DNA of 64,000 bases, taken from positions 1,318-65,317 of the forward strand of contig JAAYQP010000099.1 of the NCBI GenBank assembly GCA_012519195.1. The letters are read 5' to 3'. Shown here piece by piece: positions 57,228 to 64,000 of this stretch (its first letter is position 1; the number at the start of each line of letters is the position of its first letter). A model generated the notes under the pieces. The model saw nothing but the letters and a program-made list of their open reading frames with translations, did not search any database and was not told where the DNA came from. The stretch comes from Clostridiales bacterium (GTDB taxonomy: Bacteria; Bacillota; Clostridia; Lachnospirales; Lachnospiraceae). The position numbers and the translations under genes are program-made.

Positions 57228-60200
57228 ATGAATAAGTTAAGAAACATTACGAAATTGATCATATGTCTGCTATTTGTAACTGGAGTGTTTTATCATACAA
57301 AAGGCAGTGAGAAAGTACTCGCAGCAGAAGGCGATATTAAATATTATCTGACGATAGAAGATAGTGGAACCAGTACAGCCGTTGGTGCAGAATATAATCT
57401 TGAAGAACCATCGGTAACTATGGGGGTTCGATCCTTCGATGATCGTGAGCTGGCTACAGGTGTAGATATTCTTTGGGAAACTTCTAGTACCAATGTAATA
57501 GAGATCAGTGGAAGCCCTTCCAAAACGGTTACACTGAATCGAAAGGCCCCCGGATATTCGATGATACAGGTTACCATTATGAATGGGGACGAAATTATTG
57601 AAACAATCAGCTGCCTAGTAAAGGTAGATTTTTTAATTGATTACTCTGCTATGCATCTACCCGAACTTGGTTTTATAGAAATGGATTTAAATACCTTACC
57701 TACGACTCAAATTCTTTTTAAATATGTCAATGGTGATAAGATTAGCTCCGGAGATCCGATCTATAACAATTTAATTCAATGGGAAAGTAATCACACAGAA
57801 GTGGCAACGGTAGTTGATGGTAAGCTAACTGCATTAGGTGCAGGTAATGCAAGCATTATCATAACCACTAATAAAGGGGCAACGGAGAATGGTTTTATCA
57901 GTAAAACCTTAAATGTATATGTGAAACCGGACTTCCTTATGGTCTATGACAATACGATTGTGTCAAGCTCCGTCAAAGGCAATACCTTGCCAGACAGTCC
58001 AGTTGAAAATGTACCTACAGAGTTTACCATTCGTTCCAATGCTACCCCTGCGGAAAACTTAACTTGGGTAATTAAAGAAACCTATAGCGGTAGAAAAATA
58101 GCACCTACTGGATCTGGGAAGATGGAGTATCTTGTCAGTCCCAGTGGGAAAAGTGTTACTTTTACTGATGTAAAAGCAGGTACCTACGATATCTTTGCTT
58201 ATACTGACGGGGAGAATAACAGCGCTGGGGCAACCTATGCATTTATGAGAATCGTAGTTCCAATCAAGTTCTTTGGTGATATTAACAATATCCTGATGTC
58301 AGTTGATGACACCTATAATATAATAGAAAATTCTAATATCCCAACAGTCGCTTTGATTGACCGTTGCCTAATGGAACCAGCAGATGTTGTAACTTATCAT
58401 CAGTCGACAGGAACCTTGGAAGCTGAGATGAAGGGAGCGACAACAGTAACCATTAAGTTTGCAGCACTCCCGAGAATATTTAAAAACACACCGGATAATA
58501 TTAGTTTAAATATTAAGGTGATTGACGCAATTACCTTAAGTATGTCGGAAGCGACCTTGTATACCAATGGGAAATTACAATTATATGCTACCGTGACAAA
58601 TCCTGATTTAATAGTTAATTGGAGCAGTAGTAAACCGCAAGTGGCTACAGTGGATGAGAATGGTATGGTCACAGCGGTAGGCGTTGGTCAAGCGAACATC
58701 GTAGCTTCGGTAAATGATCATGGTATCATTAAGTCTGTAATTTGTAAGATAACCGTAAAACAGGCAGTATCGGAAATAACGATAGAGCCATCGAATATTA
58801 CGATATCAAGAGACGAGATTAAAGAATTAACGGCAGTGATTCGTCCTGCCAATGCAGAGGATGTAGATCTGGTATGGAAGTCTTCTGATGAAAGTAAAGT
58901 AGTAATCGATAGTCCCAGATCCTCAAGTACCTATATTATCGGTAAAAATTCCGGTAATGCTGTTATAACAGCGATAGATCAAAGTAATGTCATCGTAGGT
59001 TATTGTCATGTAACAGTAAGAGAGCCGGTGCAAAGGATTGAATTATCGGAGACCGAACTAACGGTAGGCCTTAATACAGGCTACCTTCAGTTAAAGGCAA
59101 CGGTATATCCGGATACAGCGACAGAAAAGGGTGTTACATGGTCAACCTCGGATCCTGCCGTTGCGACGGTGAATCAATATGGTGAAATTACCATCAAAGG
59201 AGCAGGAAAGGTTGCAATTATCGCAACTTCTGTAGATAATCCAACCATTGAGGCAATCTGTAACATTACCGTGGATACACCGGTGATGATGCTAGAACTT
59301 GATAAAACTGAACTTACGATGAAAGTAGGACAAACGGAAACCTTATCCTACACACTTCTTCCTGTGGATGCCACGAATAAAGCGGTACTCTGGATGTCTT
59401 CCAACCCTTCTGTTGCAGAGGTGAATGCAAATGGTAAGGTTACAGCCAAAGCAAAGGGAACTGCAATTATTATATTAAGGTCACCAGAGAATGGCTTAAC
59501 AGCATATTGTACAGTAAAGGTGAATCAAACTTCTTCCGCCTCAGAGGCAAACTTTAAATTTGATAAAAATGAATTAACACTGATGACAGGTGATGAATAT
59601 GAGTTAAAAGTTACCTTTGAAGATAGTGGTATGGATGTTACGGACTTAATATGGAGATCATCAGATACCAAGCTGGCTAAGGTAGACCGGTATGGTAAAA
59701 TAACAGCTCTAGAGGGCGGCGTGGTTACAATTTATGCGACTAATGATGAAGACGAAACGGTAAAATGTAAGGTAACAATCATTAAGCCGGTTGAGAGTAT
59801 ATTACTAAACTTCTCAAAAAAATCAATTCAGATTGGTGATAAATTCAATTTAATTGGCACCGTTATTCCTTCCGATGCAACGAATACTAAAATAACATGG
59901 AAAAGTGAGAATACAGAGATTGCCACTGTATCAAAGAATGGTCTAGTGGAAGGTTTAAAAGGCGGTATTGTTAAAATTACTGCAACCGTAGAGGGAGAAG
60001 GAGTTTCTGCTTCTTGTGTTGTTACAGTGCATGACGATGCCACTGGAATTTCCTTAAATCATGAAAGTTATACCCTTGGTTTAGGAGAAAAATTAAATCT
60101 TAAGGCTACGGTCTTCCCTGAATATGCTAACCAGAATGTAAAATGGGTAAGCAGTAATGAAGATGTTGCAACCGTCAATGCAAAGGGTAGGGTAGTTGGA

Positions 60201-61025
60201 GTTTCCTATGGCTTTGCAACTATAACAGCCATCACGATGGATGGTGCACAACTGGAAGCGAGCTGTGAGATTGAGGTATTAAAACCGGTAACCAGAGTAA
60301 CTCTGAACAAAGGAAATCTTTTTATGATGGTTGGTGAAAGTGAAAAACTGATAGCAACCGTACAACCCAAAAACGCTACCTATAATAAAGTAAAATGGAC
60401 ATCCAGTAATGATGATATTGCTATGGTTGATGAAAATGGTAAGGTAATTGCTCTTGCTGCGGGCAAAGTAACAATCACGGCTTCCGCACAGGATGGAAGT
60501 GGGAAGAAGTCTGTTTGTATGGTTACCGTTCGAGCAGGCATCCCAACGACCAGCATTACCGTAGCGGAAAAGAAAGTTGTCATGGTTCCTGGTGAGACAA
60601 AAAATGTGAAAGCTGTTCTGAATCCAACGAATTCAACGGACGGTATTACTTGGAGTTCTGACAACTCAGCCGTTGCAAAAGTTGATAGCAAGACAGGCAA
60701 GATCACGGCAAGAGCTACCGGTACGGCCAATATTACTGTTATGTCAGATAGCGGTAAGACAGCTGTGATTCAGGTTAATGTAATTGGTTTGAATATGACA
60801 GAGCTTACACTAGAACAATATACAACCTCTTATAATAATCTTACTGTAGAAGGAACCAATTCCACAGTAAATTGGAGCATTGATAATCAACAGATCGCTG
60901 AAACAAGAAGAGTAGGAAATAATAGCTTAAGAATAAGTGCTAGAGCGATTGGAAAAGCTACCATAACTGCCACTGTGGACGGTAGAAAACTTCGCTGTAG
61001 ACTAACCGTTACTTCTATACGTTAA
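57228..61025 (+). CDS. Large secreted protein with at least ten tandem Big_2 (bacterial Ig-like group 2) domains
   Basis: Signal peptide ending VLA-AEG. A recurring module of roughly 85-90 aa reads L..T(V/I)xPxxA(T/D)NKxVxW(S/T)SS(D/N)xxVA(T/K)V(D/N)xxGx(V/I)TAxxxGxAxItA. No LPXTG, SLH or choline-binding anchor is visible. Confidence 0.88.
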   Translation: MNKLRNITKLIICLLFVTGVFYHTKGSEKVLAAEGDIKYYLTIEDSGTSTAVGAEYNLEEPSVTMGVRSFDDRELATGVDILWETSSTNVIEISGSPSKTVTLNRKAPGYSMIQVTIMNGDEIIETISCLVKVDFLIDYSAMHLPELGFIEMDLNTLPTTQILFKYVNGDKISSGDPIYNNLIQWESNHTEVATVVDGKLTALGAGNASIIITTNKGATENGFISKTLNVYVKPDFLMVYDNTIVSSSVKGNTLPDSPVENVPTEFTIRSNATPAENLTWVIKETYSGRKIAPTGSGKMEYLVSPSGKSVTFTDVKAGTYDIFAYTDGENNSAGATYAFMRIVVPIKFFGDINNILMSVDDTYNIIENSNIPTVALIDRCLMEPADVVTYHQSTGTLEAEMKGATTVTIKFAALPRIFKNTPDNISLNIKVIDAITLSMSEATLYTNGKLQLYATVTNPDLIVNWSSSKPQVATVDENGMVTAVGVGQANIVASVNDHGIIKSVICKITVKQAVSEITIEPSNITISRDEIKELTAVIRPANAEDVDLVWKSSDESKVVIDSPRSSSTYIIGKNSGNAVITAIDQSNVIVGYCHVTVREPVQRIELSETELTVGLNTGYLQLKATVYPDTATEKGVTWSTSDPAVATVNQYGEITIKGAGKVAIIATSVDNPTIEAICNITVDTPVMMLELDKTELTMKVGQTETLSYTLLPVDATNKAVLWMSSNPSVAEVNANGKVTAKAKGTAIIILRSPENGLTAYCTVKVNQTSSASEANFKFDKNELTLMTGDEYELKVTFEDSGMDVTDLIWRSSDTKLAKVDRYGKITALEGGVVTIYATNDEDETVKCKVTIIKPVESILLNFSKKSIQIGDKFNLIGTVIPSDATNTKITWKSENTEIATVSKNGLVEGLKGGIVKITATVEGEGVSASCVVTVHDDATGISLNHESYTLGLGEKLNLKATVFPEYANQNVKWVSSNEDVATVNAKGRVVGVSYGFATITAITMDGAQLEASCEIEVLKPVTRVTLNKGNLFMMVGESEKLIATVQPKNATYNKVKWTSSNDDIAMVDENGKVIALAAGKVTITASAQDGSGKKSVCMVTVRAGIPTTSITVAEKKVVMVPGETKNVKAVLNPTNSTDGITWSSDNSAVAKVDSKTGKITARATGTANITVMSDSGKTAVIQVNVIGLNMTELTLEQYTTSYNNLTVEGTNSTVNWSIDNQQIAETRRVGNNSLRISARAIGKATITATVDGRKLRCRLTVTSIR

Positions 61026-61030
61026 TATAC

Positions 61031-61083
61031 AAGCATTTACATTACGAGTGTTAAAATACTCGTTTTGTAAATGCTTTTTTATT
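61031..61083 (+). terminator. Terminator of the Big_2 protein gene
   Basis: aagcatttaca / tgtaaatgctt stem (inner acgagt..actcgt helix) followed by ttttttatt. Confidence 0.75.
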
Positions 61084-61217
61084 GAATAGGAAATTCCTCA
61101 GTAAATTTTATTAATTTTATCAGGCAAATTTGATAATTAATGAAGTAAATCTTGTAGTTTCTTCCAAGATTGAAAGAAAAGATTGATTCTATAATTTTGA
61201 TATGCTACAATTGACAC

Positions 61218-61231
61218 AGAACATATGTTTT
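61218..61231 (+). promoter_or_regulatory. Candidate LexA (Cheo/SOS) box upstream of recN
   Basis: aGAACatatGTTtt resembles the Firmicute consensus CGAAC-N4-GTTCG. It immediately follows a TTGACA hexamer at 61211-61216, 44 nt upstream of the recN start. Confidence 0.5.
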
Positions 61232-61274
61232 TGCAGTACGAATATTTATCACTTAATCAGTGGGGGGATAAGAA

Positions 61275-62960
61275 TTGTTAGTAAGTCTGCACGTAAAGAA
61301 TTTTGCAATAATTGATGAATTAGAAGTTTATTTTAAGGATCATTTGAATATCTTGACCGGTGAAACAGGAGCAGGTAAATCCATCATAATTGGATCCATT
61401 AATGCGGCGCTTGGTGCCAAAGTCAGTAAGGATATCCTTAGAAGCGGTGCAGATTATGCTCTAATTGAACTGGTATTTGAGACAAAGGATGAGGGAATCC
61501 AACGAACCATGGAAGAGATGGATTTACCCTGGGAAGATGGTATGATCATCGTATCTAGGAAAATAAAAGCAGGCAAAAGTATCTTTAAGATCAATGGAGA
61601 GACTGTTACAATTGCTACAGTATCATTTATTGCAGGTTTATTAATTGATATCCATGGCCAGCATGAACATCAATCCCTTCTCCATAAGGCAAAGCATTTA
61701 GAGATTGTAGATCGTTTTGCAAAAGATGAGATCGGAACCCTTAAGGAGGAACTTGAGCAAAGTTACCACCTTTATAGTAGGTTAAAGCAGGAATATGAAG
61801 ATGCAATTATAGATGAAGATAGACGCTTACGAGAAATTTCATTTTTAGAATATGAAGTAAATGAGATTCAGAATGCTCAGCTGGTACTAGGCGAAGATGA
61901 AGAACTTGAAGCTGCCTATAAAAAGTTGTCCAATGCCAATACGATTGCGGAAGGAATGCAGGCGGTTCATCAGTTAACGGGATATGAAGCTTCAGCTGCC
62001 GGTGATACTATGGGCCGTGCACTTAAGCAGCTTATGAAGATTGTTGAATATGATGAAAGATTACAAGGTATCCTAAATCAAGCTACTGATATTGAAAATT
62101 TATTAAATGATTTTAATAAAGATTTATCTCAATATATCTCAGATATGGATAACCCTGAGGAAGAATTGGATGAGGTAGCAAAACGTCTGGACTTAATTAA
62201 TCACTTAAAATCTAAATATGGTGGTTCTATCGATCATATTATAAAATATAAAGAAGAATGTGAAATTAAATTAGAAAAATATCAAGATTATGACGCATAC
62301 CTAAGAAAGCTTAAAGCTTCATTAAAGGATGCAGAAGAACAGCTTAAGGAGTTGTGTGAGCGATTATCAAAAATTCGTAAAAAGGAAGCGAAGACGTTAA
62401 CAAAAGAGATTCGGGAAGCCCTGATTTCATTGAATTTCCTTGATGTTCGCTTTGAAATGATCTTTGAACAAAATAAAAATTATACATCCAATGGATACGA
62501 TGATGCAGAATTTATAATATCTACCAATCCTGGTGAACCTCTAAGACCTCTGGCCAAGGTGGCTTCAGGAGGTGAATTATCCAGAATTATGCTGGGGATC
62601 AAATCGATCTTAGCTCAAAAGGATGATATCGCTACTATGATCTTTGATGAAATTGATACTGGTATTAGTGGTAGAACAGCCCAAAAAGTATCAGAGCAAC
62701 TTGCTAAAATTGCAAAACATCATCAAATTATATGCATTACTCACCTAGCCCAGATTGCAGCTATGGCGGATTCCCATTATCGAATAGAAAAAAATACAGA
62801 CGGACACTCAACACAGACCCAGATAAAAGAATTGAGTAAAGAAGAATCGATTGAGGAGTTATCTAGAATTCTCGGTGGTGCAGAGATAACAGAACGTGTT
62901 ATTGAAAGTGCAAAGGAAATGAAAGAATTGGCAAATTCAGCAAAAAAACACATGCTTTAA
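61275..62960 (+). CDS. recN: DNA repair protein RecN
   Basis: 561 aa with Walker A GETGAGKS, a long coiled coil, the C-terminal signature SGGELSRIML, and Walker B IFDEIDTGISG. TTG start after GGGGGGATAAG. Confidence 0.94.
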   Translation: MLVSLHVKNFAIIDELEVYFKDHLNILTGETGAGKSIIIGSINAALGAKVSKDILRSGADYALIELVFETKDEGIQRTMEEMDLPWEDGMIIVSRKIKAGKSIFKINGETVTIATVSFIAGLLIDIHGQHEHQSLLHKAKHLEIVDRFAKDEIGTLKEELEQSYHLYSRLKQEYEDAIIDEDRRLREISFLEYEVNEIQNAQLVLGEDEELEAAYKKLSNANTIAEGMQAVHQLTGYEASAAGDTMGRALKQLMKIVEYDERLQGILNQATDIENLLNDFNKDLSQYISDMDNPEEELDEVAKRLDLINHLKSKYGGSIDHIIKYKEECEIKLEKYQDYDAYLRKLKASLKDAEEQLKELCERLSKIRKKEAKTLTKEIREALISLNFLDVRFEMIFEQNKNYTSNGYDDAEFIISTNPGEPLRPLAKVASGGELSRIMLGIKSILAQKDDIATMIFDEIDTGISGRTAQKVSEQLAKIAKHHQIICITHLAQIAAMADSHYRIEKNTDGHSTQTQIKELSKEESIEELSRILGGAEITERVIESAKEMKELANSAKKHML

Positions 62961-62987
62961 AAGCTATAAAAAGCGAATACTTAATGT

Positions 62988-63019
62988 AAGGATATACAAT
63001 ACTATGTATATCCTTTTTT
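62988..63019 (+). terminator. Terminator of recN
   Basis: aaggatataca / tgtatatcctt stem followed by tttttg. Confidence 0.8.
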
Positions 63020-63218
63020 GATTCATATTTTTGAGGAAAGTATTTAACCTAGGTAGATACGGACATATTTCATTTGTACATTTTAATACTGGTTATCAAA
63101 AGATCTCAATTGTTTCTATTTAGAAAAAGAGAGTTCATAGGTATTCGCCATTGGTGATAAGTATTGCTTTTGTATGACTGAAAAAGGACTGAACAGAATA
63201 ATTGCATGAGGTGAAAGG

Positions 63219-64000
63219 ATGAGGAGCAAAAGAATTTACAGAAGAGTCTTTTTCTATTTACTGATTCTTAATATTTTGGGACTATCAATATTTTTATATC
63301 TTAATATCATTAAAAAAATCCCAGATGAAATAAAAATTTTGGTTGGAACAGAAGAACGCTTTGATTTTAACATGCCAATAAAGGCGAAAATTGAAACAGA
63401 AGATATTGGGGTTATCAGCGTTAACGACTTGAGTGTTCCATCAAATCAGATTAGTATCGATTTAAATAAGCCTTTTACTTTAGAATCTTCTAAGACAGGC
63501 AAATATAATATCAATCTAAAGCTATTTGGATTGTTTGATTTTAAGAACATATCATTAGATGTAATAGAAACAGTTGAATTAATTCCCTGTGGTTTACCCA
63601 TCGGAATCTATGTAGAAACAGATGGTATTCTAGTGTTAGGTAGTGGTAGAATTACCGGTGAGGATGGACTAAACTATGAACCTATCAACAATAAACTAAA
63701 ATCCGGGGATTATATACTTAAGATTAATGGGGAAGAGGTAGAAGATAAAGAAGATTTAATTGAAGAAATACAGGAAAGCGAGGGGAAAGATCTTAGACTG
63801 CTAATTCGAAGAAATGATGAAGAGATTACTGTTCGTATTACACCAGTTAAAGCCACGGATGGCAAATACAAAATTGGTGCTTGGATTCGAGATAATACAC
63901 AGGGAATTGGCACCCTAACCTTTACTTCTACCAATGGACATTTTGGAGCTTTGGGACATGGAATAACCGATATTGATACCGGTTTACTGATGGAAATTAA
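63219..64000 (+). CDS. spoIVB: SpoIVB peptidase (S55), N-terminal part; 3' end outside window
   Basis: Not in the ORF track because no stop lies within the window. ATG 63219 follows GAGGTGAAAGG. The product has a TM anchor, a PDZ-like segment (LKSGDYILKINGEEV), then AWIRDNTQGIGTLTF...FGALGHGI, typical of SpoIVB. The position after recN is the conserved one. Confidence 0.88.
   Translation, partial: MRSKRIYRRVFFYLLILNILGLSIFLYLNIIKKIPDEIKILVGTEERFDFNMPIKAKIETEDIGVISVNDLSVPSNQISIDLNKPFTLESSKTGKYNINLKLFGLFDFKNISLDVIETVELIPCGLPIGIYVETDGILVLGSGRITGEDGLNYEPINNKLKSGDYILKINGEEVEDKEDLIEEIQESEGKDLRLLIRRNDEEITVRITPVKATDGKYKIGAWIRDNTQGIGTLTFTSTNGHFGALGHGITDIDTGLLMEI

Overview
This 64-kb window looks like core chromosome from a low-GC, endospore-forming Firmicute (Clostridia, Lachnospiraceae-like by gene content and protein sequences). 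It is densely packed with housekeeping genes and shows the long-range synteny typical of Bacilli and Clostridia. The main blocks are:
- nifU-mnmA; gdhA; argS.
- A pyrimidine cluster (pyrC-pyrF, then pyrK-pyrD-pyrE).
- A MacAB-like ABC exporter preceded by an SLH protein; queA.
- A T-box-controlled pheST.
- mscL; yqeG-aroK-aroQ-pepP-efp.
- The full spoIIIAA-AH operon.
- asp23-nusB-xseAB-ispA-dxs-tlyA-nadK-argR, then recN-spoIVB at the right edge.

I found no rRNA or tRNA genes, CRISPR arrays, transposases, integrases or prophage genes, and no obvious complete new multi-gene system.

The features that standard annotation does not explain are mostly non-coding:
- Two copies of a roughly 155-nt hairpin element (one nested in a 285-bp palindrome) differ by paired, helix-preserving substitutions.
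- A third, unrelated 220-bp palindrome occupies the same kind of convergent-gene junction.
- A GC-rich motif of about 45 nt occurs twice, upstream of pyrC and inside the spoIIIA operon.
- A 32-bp palindrome is shared by two distant intergenic sites.

The notable coding features are:
- A CheX-type phosphatase domain fused to three tandem MshEN-like (c-di-GMP-binding-type) motifs, co-operonic with a lone CheY.
- An in-frame amber codon splitting spoIIIAH.
- An approximately 8-kb surface and efflux gene block (yebC, CapA-Big_2 fusion, MATE pump, 1265-aa Big_2 protein) between argR and recN, which are normally adjacent.
- An MscL with a C-terminal CxxC...CxxC tail.

All functional calls rest on recognising motifs and families by eye. 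No database search or folding calculation was run.
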